From assembly GCA_030704615.1 (NCBI GenBank), contig CM060731.1, positions 4,030,001 to 4,094,000 on the forward strand: a stretch of DNA of 64,000 nucleotides, written 5' to 3'. The position numbers and the translations under genes are program-made. The notes under the pieces were generated by a model. That model ran no database searches and was not told the DNA's origin. It saw only the letters and a list, made by a program, of their open reading frames with translations. Below are positions 26,698-36,949 of the stretch, piece after piece (position 1 is the stretch's first letter; every line of letters begins with the position of its first letter). Origin of the DNA: Takakia lepidozioides (Eukaryota; Plantae; Bryophyta).

Positions 26698-26784
26698 TGT
26701 CGTGCACCTAAGCATCGTGCCACAACATACATCGCTGTCCACCATACATTCTAAGCACACAATCCTAGAAAGTTATGCCGCAAT
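26698..26784. repeat. Terminal repeat Y, inner copy (87 bp)
   Basis: Direct repeat of 26244-26330, separated from X by the dinucleotide AC (26696-26697). Confidence 0.95.
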
Positions 26785-27037
26785 CGCCCACCTAGCTGGT
26801 GATTAGGTCCCTCTACCGGATAGCTGACAAGTATCCATCTCAATAAGATCATCGTTTGGTCTTCAATCGCACATGTCCCAATTTTTTAAAGTATATGAAT
26901 CAAGAGGTCAGGTGCAACGAGAGCCCCATCGTTGATCGCCTACTTGCAATCCATGATCTTCAATTGAGTATCCATAGCGTTGAGCTCCTACAAGCTAGAC
27001 CTTGGATCACTTGTCAACTCCACCATTGTCATGCCCA

Positions 27038-28429
27038 CTACATATGTCCAAGGCATCGTGGACACAACCATTCTCCACTAGGAACCTCCTCAAGTGGCGG
27101 TGTCAAGCATCCCATGTGCCACCCGCTTGGGCATTTGTCACACACCAGCATGGTTACGGCACCACCAGCATGCCCACATAGCATGCAACGCAACCCTGCA
27201 GGTACCACTGCAAGGTTGGGATCTATCATCCCATCCACATGTGGAAGGTGACATGGCGTACAATTGCGCACATGGTCCTTCCATACCATGCCATCTCGAC
27301 CCTCCAGAATCAACACTCCTGAAGGCAACACCTCCCGGACCCTTAGAATCACATGCCCTGCTGTGACATCCAAAGTCGTAGGCGCTGTCTGCTGCAGATA
27401 CACATAGTCCCCAGGGTGGAAACGCCGAACACCTGGCCGATATCCCCCTCCACGTACAGTGACATACCTCAATGTGTCTCGGTGTTGGGCAATAGCAAGG
27501 TTCTCAAAAGCCATAGGCATGACTCTCTTGAACAACTCTGCCCGCTGGGCACATGCTTGTGTCCACACATCCGGATCATCAAGGTTGAGGACTATTGCAG
27601 TCTCCCTGCGAATAGATGCAGACAAATGTGGATCTCGGCGAAAGAGAAGGAAATAAGGTGAGAATGAGGCAAGTGAAGCTTGTTTGCTGAACTTATAGCC
27701 CATAGCTAGCCAAGGCAGCTGAAGGTCCCAATCTCCTAGGTGTCCCTTCTGCAAACCGTACTTGCGCAAATCTCTCTTGACTGTCTGAACAACTCTCTCC
27801 GCCAAGCCATCAGCCTCGGGATGATCCCGAGAAGTAGTGCGGTGATCTATCAAGGCTTGCTCATACAAAGCCTGAAACTCCCCCAAGAATTCTCTCCCCT
27901 GGTCCGTGAGTACCTTGGCTGGAGCACCAAAATGGCTAAGCACTCGATCTAAGAATGCATACACAGCCCCTTCACTTGCCTTGTCAGGCAATGCCACCAG
28001 TTCAATCCATTTGGAGAAGTGTTCCACCATCACCAGCACATACTTGTTATGGCGAATCATCAGTAGCAATGGGCCTGCGAAGTCAAGACTCCAACGATAG
28101 CCCAAACCCATAATGGGTAAATGATGCAATTGTGGAGTAGGGGCGTTGAAAGAAGCCTGCACTCTATCACACACCATGCACCTTGCCACTAACTGTTGCA
28201 CATCCGTGTGCATGCCCCGCCACCAATACTGCCCTTGCAGCAAACTATGAGTGCGCCGCACCCCAAAATGTCCCAACTCCTCATGGGCATGGCGTATCAA
28301 TCGCGCTCGTTGTGTTGGATGAGGGACAATTCTCACTCGTCCATCCTCCCATACCCGGAGTAGGTGAGTCCCTTCCCACTTGAACCTCTTGGCTTGTTGT
28401 AGGATCCGATCTCTTTCCTTAGCAGTCAC
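27038..28429 (-). CDS. Retrotransposon DDE integrase with C-terminal PHD finger
   Basis: HHCC zinc motif (HAHEELGH...CMVC) and catalytic SLDFAGP / LTDQGREF / ADGLAERV. C4HC3 PHD finger CMLC..CDKC..WHMGC..WLCPRC at 27053-27187. Confidence 0.95.
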   Translation of the reverse strand: MTAKERDRILQQAKRFKWEGTHLLRVWEDGRVRIVPHPTQRARLIRHAHEELGHFGVRRTHSLLQGQYWWRGMHTDVQQLVARCMVCDRVQASFNAPTPQLHHLPIMGLGYRWSLDFAGPLLLMIRHNKYVLVMVEHFSKWIELVALPDKASEGAVYAFLDRVLSHFGAPAKVLTDQGREFLGEFQALYEQALIDHRTTSRDHPEADGLAERVVQTVKRDLRKYGLQKGHLGDWDLQLPWLAMGYKFSKQASLASFSPYFLLFRRDPHLSASIRRETAIVLNLDDPDVWTQACAQRAELFKRVMPMAFENLAIAQHRDTLRYVTVRGGGYRPGVRRFHPGDYVYLQQTAPTTLDVTAGHVILRVREVLPSGVLILEGRDGMVWKDHVRNCTPCHLPHVDGMIDPNLAVVPAGLRCMLCGHAGGAVTMLVCDKCPSGWHMGCLTPPLEEVPSGEWLCPRCLGHM

Positions 28430-28504
28430 ACTGGCTGCTGTCTCTCATGTACGAAGGTAGGCCAACACTGCTGCATCTTCATGCACATCCTTAGCACCAC
28501 TAAG

Positions 28505-29929
28505 CTACTCACTGATATCTGGATCGTCATGCACACCATCTACTTGACCAATGCTATGGGATGGACCAGCTTGAGCTCCCATTGCTAGGATGCACAAAAA
28601 GACAGATGCATGCCATCCTGGCACCATCTCCTCATCTGTCTCACCATGCCACCGAGCTCCAGTATCATCATGCTTGCTCGTGCATGGATTACGACTCAAT
28701 CCATCTGCATCCCGATTGACAATACCGGCTCGATGCACCACCTGGAAGTCGTACTCTTGAAGCATAAGTGCCCATCGTGCAAGCTTCCTTGTAAGCTTGT
28801 CTGACTCCATCAACCACTTCAATGGTTGGTGATCCATGACAAGGGTGAAGAGATTGTTGTAGAGGTAGCATCTGAAATGTGCAACTGCCCATACCGTAGC
28901 TAGACATTCCCCTTCATATGAACTATACTTTGTCTCGGCATCATTGTTCGAGCGGCTAGCATATGTCACTACGAACTCTCTTCCCTCATCATCCACCTGT
29001 GTGAGCACTGCTCCAATCCCCAGTATACTCCAATCCGTATGTAGCTGGAATGGCCGCCCCCGAATAGGCCGCCTCAGAATAGGTGCAGAAGTCAATCCAG
29101 CCTTGAATTCCTCAAAGGCTTCCTCCTGTTCCTCCTCCCACTGCCACTCCTGACCCACCTTGGTCAACTTGGTAAGAGCCTTTGCAATGGTGCTAAATCC
29201 CTTGACAAACCGTCGATAGTAGTTTGCCAACCCCATGAAAGCATGAACTCTGCTAACATCTACGGGGCGTGGAATGCGTGCAATGGCCTCCACCTTCATC
29301 TTTTGAACACCCAATTCTCCAGGGTATATCATGTGGCCCAAATACTCAATCTGGTTGTGGAAGAACTTGCACTTCCCAGGGTGCAATTTCAACATGTGCG
29401 CTCTCAAGCGCTCAAACACCACCTGAAGGTGTCTCTCATGCTCCTCAACCGTAGCACTAAAGACGATGATGTCATCAATGTAGCACCAGGCGAAGTCTAG
29501 CCCCGCAAGAATCCTATCCATGACCCTCTGAAACTCTGTAAGAGCATTCTTCAGGCCAAACGGTAAGAACCGCAATTGGTACAAGCAATCCTTCCCATGA
29601 TGATCAATCCCCCAGAATGCCGTCTTTTGCTTGTCAGCCTCTTTGATTGGCAACTGGTGGTAACCGGATCGCAAGTCCAATGTGCTAAACACCTTTGCAT
29701 GCCCAATGGCATCAAAGATCTCCTCTGGAGTTGGCATGGCATATCTATCGGACTTAGTCTGACGGTTCACATGACGATAGTCCCCACACATCCTTCTTTC
29801 TGTCCAATTGCCATAGATATCCTTCTTAGCTGGCATCACCGTTGCCGAGGCATACTCCCCGCCTGACAACTCCACCAATCCAGCTTCGAGCAACTCCATA
29901 GTCTGTGACTGGATCAATGACCTCTCCAT
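28505..29929 (-). CDS. Ty3/Gypsy-type reverse transcriptase and RNase H
   Basis: RT motifs RMCGDYR, FSTLDLRSGYHQ, LPFGLKNA, YIDD and YLGH. RNase H motifs LHTDWS, EGECLA, DHQPL and ADGLSR. Separated from neighbouring domains by disrupting lesions. Confidence 0.96.
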   Translation of the reverse strand: MERSLIQSQTMELLEAGLVELSGGEYASATVMPAKKDIYGNWTERRMCGDYRHVNRQTKSDRYAMPTPEEIFDAIGHAKVFSTLDLRSGYHQLPIKEADKQKTAFWGIDHHGKDCLYQLRFLPFGLKNALTEFQRVMDRILAGLDFAWCYIDDIIVFSATVEEHERHLQVVFERLRAHMLKLHPGKCKFFHNQIEYLGHMIYPGELGVQKMKVEAIARIPRPVDVSRVHAFMGLANYYRRFVKGFSTIAKALTKLTKVGQEWQWEEEQEEAFEEFKAGLTSAPILRRPIRGRPFQLHTDWSILGIGAVLTQVDDEGREFVVTYASRSNNDAETKYSSYEGECLATVWAVAHFRCYLYNNLFTLVMDHQPLKWLMESDKLTRKLARWALMLQEYDFQVVHRAGIVNRDADGLSRNPCTSKHDDTGARWHGETDEEMVPGWHASVFLCILAMGAQAGPSHSIGQVDGVHDDPDISE

Positions 29930-30532
29930 GTCACTATACCGGTAGGGCCTTCAAAAGATTGGCGTATCACTTGCCAAATCAATACAAATCTCCTGACCCT
30001 TCAAACTCCCAAAATCCTTCAAACCGAAGGCAAAGCAATTTCTATAAGCCCTTAGAAATCGCTGGATCCTCCGTCTCTCCTCTCCGGTGAATGTAGGTCC
30101 AACATCTGGTTCCCAATTGTCCTCAGTGACTGCAACCTTAGGTACACCACGCTTGGAGGTAGGAGATGAATCCTTTGGTTGCTAGATAGCAACCTCTTGG
30201 GCCTTGTCCGCCCAATCTGACTATGGCGTAGCCTCCACTTGCTCCACCATAGCCACCTTGAGAACTTCCTCTGAGCAAGAAACATTCTCAACCTCTTCAA
30301 AAACCTTAGTCACCTTGGCCTCCAACTGATCCTCAGTGTATGGCTCTCCCCACTCCTCATACTGCTGCTTGAGAGATCTAATGACTCTCTCTTTGCGCAT
30401 CTCATCCCACATCTGCCATGGGTGTTTGCACCCCATGATCTTGTGCTTGCCCCCACTCACTGCCTCCACTGTCCCGGTTGGCAGAGATGATGCAATATCT
30501 AATGGAAGTGCAGAAGTAGCCACCAATGCTTG

Positions 30533-31497
30533 CAATCTTCGTTGTTCAGCCATGCACAAGCCAATGACCCATGTCAAGCAATTGAGATCCATTGCTTGAC
30601 CCAACACCTGGCGTCGTGATGCCTCTGACAGAGCTGGCACAGCTGTAGTGCCCGTGGCAAACCCCATTGCCCGCTCGCACTCATCCGCATTGGGCTCCAC
30701 CAATTGCTGTAGCACACTGTCCCAAATCAACCCAGGACCATTGTCTCGAAAAGCATGAGATGAGGGAAAGCTCATGAACGTAGGCAAGGTTGTACGTGGC
30801 TGCCCCACTCGATTGACCACTACTAGAGGTGGATGGTCATCATGTCGCACCCTCTGTGGTTGCCTCCCTTAGTCCAAAATGCCCTCAACCGTGAGATTGG
30901 GTGGCCGTTGAATGGAATCATATGCTCTCTTGAGCGGCTCTGGTGGTGCAAGATTGCTCCACCACAATCGAGGTCGATGCGTGCGTGATCCCACCGCTGC
31001 TGCATCCAATAGCATCGCCGATCCAATCCAAGACCGCACCTGATGCACACTGGCCATAACCCTGGCCCGAGAGTCCCCCATAAGATGAACATTCTCCAAG
31101 ATATAGGCTAAAGGTGCTTTGTCTGCAACTCACGCAACACTCTCAACATCTCCCAAAATAAATGCGATCGTGCATCATGGAAGCCATTCCCATGACTTGC
31201 GGGAGAGTGTCCCTGGCAAGGCCATCCAGCTATCACCAAGTCAATGGCACCATGCCGGTCCAAATCATCTGCCCCCAGCATGGTAATGTCTGCTGGCAAG
31301 GCCTTTTGGTACCCTTGAATTGCTGAGAGAGGCAGCAACTCAGGGTACTGGTGTGTGAGCAAGGCAACGTGGCGCATAGAAATACGCCGAGCTATCTCAT
31401 CCTTCTCCTCATACAAGTATTTTTATACTTTAATCCCAGCTTGCAACACTCCTGCAAGCCCAGTGCTCATGCCTCCAAACAGGTCTAGCAAACAAAT
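30533..31497 (-). pseudogene. C5 cytosine DNA methyltransferase domain (DNMT3-like) inside the retrotransposon pol, disrupted
   Basis: Motif I LLDLFGGMSTG, motif IV DLVIAGWPCQG (PC at 31221-31216), motif VI YILENV, motif VIII HRPRLWWSNL, motif IX ECERAMGF.TGTT and motif X RRQVLGQAM, all in canonical order. Stops at 31423 and 30869, and one frameshift near 31110. Confidence 0.93.
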
Positions 31498-31879
31498 CCC
31501 TGAGTCAGGTGGTTGCCAGGTAATGGGCACTGTGTCCAAAAGAGCTAACTGAGGAGGTCCAAGTGATGTCACTAAACTCCCCTCACTCACCAATGGAAAT
31601 GCCTCTTGCCATGCTTGGTGCACACACTCGCATGCTATTCGATGCAAATTCCCAACTGTACCCCACAGTGGAATATGAACAGGCACATGAGGAAGCAAAT
31701 CAGCCTTGTATACCAATTGTTTGTCCTTATCAGGTGGTGGCCTATCATCTGCATGGCTATTGCCTTCCAAGAGCTCACCACCCCAAGCCACCACCCCTGA
31801 GAATGCAGCCAATGTGGGCATCATGTTCCTATGATCCACCGCTATATTCCCAATAAACCGCACTGGGAGCAGTGCACGT

Positions 31880-32215
31880 CGACCATCCCCTGACTGCCAT
31901 TCCGGCATATAGGATGTCGTTTCCTCCCAAAAGTCCAAAGTAAAGCCCATCGGGTATAACACAGCCCCACCAACAAGCACATCATAAGACATCGCGTCCG
32001 TAACAATGGCTTTAGCTCTCATGACTGAGCCATCCGTAGGATGATCCGGCTGCAATCGAATGAAGAGCTCATGGCGTGTAATCCCTCGTGCCTTCTCTGA
32101 ACCGCCCAAGGATATTGAATTTGGAAAGGGCAAGGCTCCAAATCCGCCTCTGTAAGGCCCAAGCCTGCAATTGCTGCTCTTCCCAAAATCAATGGCTGTG
32201 CTCCTGACTTGCAGA
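31880..32215 (-). pseudogene. Degenerate retroviral-like aspartic protease
   Basis: SGAQPLILGRAAIAGL near 32165-32207, where the catalytic D of D-S-G is apparently lost by a deletion. SYDVLVGGAVL matches the C-terminal D-x-L-x-G protease motif. Confidence 0.7.
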
Positions 32216-32825
32216 GGCCTATACCTCTTCACGGCTGGGCCACCCAACTGAAACACACCATCCTGATTGTCCTTCCAGCTAGTGGTAAGAGAATGTCATG
32301 GATTGACTCCCGACACTGGCAATGCGAATTAGAGCAGCAAACGCAACCCACAAGTGAGCATCTGGTCTGAGACTTCAAACCGTTGCCGATGCTTGACTTG
32401 GTAACAACTATCTGCACCTTGTTTTGCAGCACCACCCACTGGCATATCCTGAGCCACACCAACTCTCCCCACTGGCACTCGTGGCTCTACCTCTGACACA
32501 CTTGGGCGAGCGGGTACCATCGATGGCGTAGTTGGCACTGTCTCAGCCAATGTGAAAGACTATGGAAGTCTTGTCTGTCGACTTGCTTCCCCCCTTTGTG
32601 GATCAAAATCCACATCTGCTCCTCTTGGCTCAGGAGCACGCGTTGCTGCTCGAGTGACAGCAGCTGCAGAGTCCACATGCAATGGTCCTGCAAGCGCGGC
32701 TCCACACATGAAGCCCATACCAATCTGGTCTTCCCTAGGCATAGGAGGTTGTGCAGGTGGGGCTTGAACCTCAGGCCTTGGAGCTGGTGCAACATGAGTA
32801 GTGGCCATGGTAGCAAGACGTTGCT

Positions 32826-34146
32826 CTAGCTGGGCAAGCCTATGTCATGACCTTGACCGTGACCCTGTGCTCCTTGGTTTTGGTTACGCCCTCCACCACG
32901 ACCTCTGTCTCCTCTACCTCTCTGGACTACATTGCCTCGTCCTCGGCCACAATTGTTCCTTTGGAACTGGCCTGGCTGTAGCTCAGGATGCAAGTCATAA
33001 CGATGGGTCTCTTCATGCCCATACTTGCCACAATGCCTACACTCTAGTTGTGTAGGCTGTGCCTGTGCCGGCCCTTTGCCTCTCTCCGGGAAATCTCTCT
33101 TAAGATGGGGTCCTCCACAATCCCAACATGTCACTCCCGACTGTTGTTGGCCTGAGAATGAAGGAAGTGACCTCTGCAATTGAGATCATCTCTGTCCTTC
33201 CCTGGCTTCGCCTGAGCCCCTTTGTTGCCTTGATCACGTTGGGGTAGTGGTTGTTGTTGGCTAGGAGCCCCACTTCGTTGTGTCTCCTTACCAAACCCCA
33301 CCATGACCACTCGCTCCTCCACCATATTGAGCTCTATCCGCTCTGCCAGCAAAAACACGTTTGCTAAGGTGGGTTGGGCCACTTGTAGGAGAGTTGCATC
33401 CCACACCCTTCTCCTCAACTCCTTGTCCAAAATCCCATACCAGAATTGGACTGCTTGAGCTTCCGTAACCCCTTGGGTTACATTTATCAATCGCCTCATG
33501 CGCGTGTAAGCCTCCCTTAAACTCTCGGCAGGCTTTCGTCGGAACTCTTGCAAGCTCTGCAATTTCTCCGTCCTTATCCCCTGGTAATTTCTCCTTAACT
33601 CCTCGAAGAACTCCACAACTGGGTTAAAGGCAGGCACGGGTGTTGGTGCTGCAGCAAGAGCTTGGGTGGACTTCCCAGCTCCTGTTCCACTTGACGTCCC
33701 ACTGCTGCTTGCAGAAGCTGCCGGTGTAGCTGCCGGTGTTACCACTGCCCTTGTGCCTCTAGTGATGGAGACATAGTCAGGTGACCAATATACCCGCCAT
33801 TCCTCAATCTCCACCTCATGTCCCCGCCTAAACTCATGGTAGTCATCCATAGGCGGCCCCTCAAGGTGCTGAAACAGCCCCTTCCATGCCATAAAAGGCG
33901 TAAACAGTTGTGGATTGCGCATCTACTGCAAATCACACCAACTATCAAACTCCTGTATGAAATCATCAAGCACGATGGTGCCCACAGCTCCAGAGTACCG
34001 ACGTGGCCTCTTGGTAGCTCCATACGTTTCCTCCATCGTATCCCACAACAATGGCACGGAAATGGCTTGCACCCTCGGCGAGAATCCTCTTAACTTTGAG
34101 TCTGAACCTTCCTCAGAAGACACTGAAGGTGAAGGTGGCCTAAACC
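32826..34146 (-). pseudogene. Retrotransposon gag with two degenerate zinc knuckles
   Basis: LDDFIQEFDSWCD, EKLQSLQEFRRKPAESLREAYTRMRRL (retrotransposon gag core), and knuckles CWDCGGPHLKRD and CRHCGKYGHEETH. The frame continues for about 30 codons on the far side of the nested insertion (40037-40125). Confidence 0.85.
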
Positions 34147-35074
34147 CCTGGGGGGTGCACTCCTCATTAAATGTACCAGGCACGTGTGTGCACAGGAGGG
34201 AGTATTTTAAACCCCCCCATGTACAACATTATATATATAGAGGAGGGTTTGAAACACCTTAAATATAATTTTACAGGAGGGAGTTGTTGAGTTTTAAGGG
34301 GTAGTGTAGTGGTAAGAGCAACGTTTAGGCCGCGACTCACTGCGAGATCAAATTGCGGGATCTTCTTTTTGTTTTTTTTTTTTTTTTTTTCCTATCCGCG
34401 ATCTTTCTCCCCTTCCCTCCCGCGGCTTTCTCTTTTCCCTCTCCTCCTCTCCCGCGATCGCCTTCCCTTCCGCGGGCTTTCTCTTTTCCCTCCTCTCCTC
34501 TCCCCTCCTCTCCACAGGGCATGGTATTCTTCCTGATGTTTACAAGGTTTAGGGGAGAGTGAGCTTGGTCTTAGCATGCCATTTTGTGGTGGTTTCTCAA
34601 AGACCAATCCGACATTATCTGACTACAGACACCAGCAGCACACCGAAGCGATCCTTTTGGGTTGATGGGAGGGCAAATCCTCCATGGGTCATGACACAAG
34701 GTCAAGGACAATGTGGTGAGGGCACCTTCTTCTTCGACCTATTTCAGCCTGTCTTGCCCTCTCATCAGAGTCGGCCCTGAAGTTGCAGCACTGAGCAGAC
34801 CTGGCATGAGTTTTTAGAAGATTGACAATGGTGGGACAACTGCAATCGCAAGGTGTGGCGTTTTCTTAAGGTAAGAATTTTTTCCATCCTGCTATTGCAG
34901 GCTCTTGCCTCCTGTTAGTACCTGATTTGGTATTCTTCCAGATGTTTACAAGGTTCTTGGGAGAGTCAGCTTGGTCTTAGCAGGCCGTGCTCAGCTGCAA
35001 CGTGGTGGTTCTCACTGACCAATCCGTCGTTACCTGACTACAACACAAGTAGGCACACACAAGAGATCCTCTTT

Positions 35075-36510
35075 TGATCTCAGTCCAAACCAGGAAGTGG
35101 TCAGAGGTACCAATATCAGTTCTGTCGATCAACACATTGGCACACTGGGGGAACAAATTTTTGTCCATTATGATATAGTCCACAATGGAACGTTCCCCAG
35201 TTTGGGATTTCTCACGAGTCCACTGCACTTGGTCACCTGCAGTTGAAGTCCTTGCCCTTGGTTGTCTTCCTAGAGCGCCCCATTGAATCACCAATGACTA
35301 AGACCGCTTTCCAGCCAGTCAAGGGATGAACTTCTTTGAGATTGAATTGATGTGGGACTCTATTAGAAGCACTTTTGGTCATTGCAACCTTCAACGTACA
35401 CATGTTATCAATGAGAGAACCCCGGACAGTGTATCAGAAAATGAGTACTGTCTTCAGATTGCCCACACAATGGGAAGTGCACTCTCCCTTTCCTCTCTGC
35501 TTCTGTTTGCTGTTCAAAGGTAGGCTTCCTGCCCTGAGTTTAAATTTCAGTCTAGTGCCGAGAGTGGGTGGACCCTTGAGGTCATCCAAGATGTCCTCCC
35601 CCATGTCACTGACTGGAAACAAGTTCAGGGAAGTTTTCTGCCTAACTTCATTTTCATCAGACAATCTCATGGCAACAGACATGGCTTTGGACACTACAGC
35701 CTCTAAGTTGGATTTATCCAACAGGGTCAAGACTTGCGGATCCAGGTCCAGGTCCTTGAGAATCTCTTCTACTCTGGTGTTGGGAAAACACCTTTGGATC
35801 TCAGTCCAAACCAGGAAGTGGTCAGAGGTACCAATATCAGTTCTGTCGATCAACAGATTGGCACACTGGGGGAACAAATTTTTGTCCATTCTGATATAGT
35901 CCACAATGGAACGTTCCCCAGTTTGGGATTTCTCACGAGTCCAGTGCACTTGGTCACCTCTTGTCCTGTTATTCAAGGTCAAAAGCTGAAGCTTTTCCAG
36001 ACAGTTAATTAACCGTCTGCCATTAGAATTCAGCTCGTCCTCACCAGAAGGCCCAATGATATCATCCTGATGGAGCCCTTTGCCCACCCGGGCTTTTGTC
36101 TGCGTCAGCACTAAGGGTCCCCTCTGTGGGCATGTAAGCACAACCCACAAAGAGGTCCTTCGTACTCATGCCGCCCTTCAGATTCAGTTTAGCCAGATAC
36201 TATGCTCGTACCTCAAACCCTTGTTGATAATTTCACAATTGTCAAACAAGAAATCACAGACAAAGAATCCAACCCCTTTTTGACCGCATTTGGCAGAGGC
36301 GCCTTGAGAGTACACATCTTACCTGCCCATTTATAATCATTGACATCTCCAACCAGTTTATCCGACGTTTCCCATGTTTCTTTCCCAACACAGATATGAA
36401 TATCATTAGTCCGAAGAACTTGTCCCACTTTGAGTTGTTTCCTTTGGTTGGTCAACCCTGAGAAGTTGAAAGTGGCCAGCTGCAATCCAGCCCTGTGCAT
36501 GTGAATTGTT
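35075..36510 (-). pseudogene. LINE ORF2 fragments: AP-like endonuclease and C-terminal Cys region, RT missing
   Basis: LATFNFSGL, ICVGKETWE, NSNGRRLINC..LLTLNNR, SIVDYI and GTSDHFLVWTEI (APE motifs, the last segment duplicated), followed by GTRLKFKLRAG...CTSHC. Confidence 0.75.
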
Positions 36511-36949
36511 TGTCGTCTAGGTAGCTTGTGATTGCTCCTATACGGCCAACCGTTCTGCAAAGGGGGGACAGTTACCCCATGGATTCAACCTCATCCAGAG
36601 CATCAAACCGATTAGAAACTCTCAAGTTGAAGTCCTTGCCCTTGGTTGTCTTCCTAGAATGCCACATTGAATCACAAATGTCTAAGACCACTCTCCAGCC
36701 AGTCAAGGGACGAACTTCTTTGAGATTGAATTGATGTGGGACTCAATTAGAAGCACTTTTGGTCATTGCAACCTTCAACGTACCCCTGTTATCAAGTCTC
36801 GAGATGGAACCATTAGCCATGAAATCCAAGCCTAAGCTAGAGCATGTAGTTTTAAAGATATAGAGTCGATGTTTCCAAGATATAGAGTCGATTAACTTAG
36901 GATATCTGGTGTTGGACATATGTTGTAGCTGACCCCACCATCTGACCTT

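Noticed and set aside
26244-26784. 87-bp Y copies as a giant target-site duplication around a solo LTR
   Set aside because: Far too long for an integrase TSD, and Y itself starts with the inverted terminal motif TGTCGTG that pairs with the element's other end.
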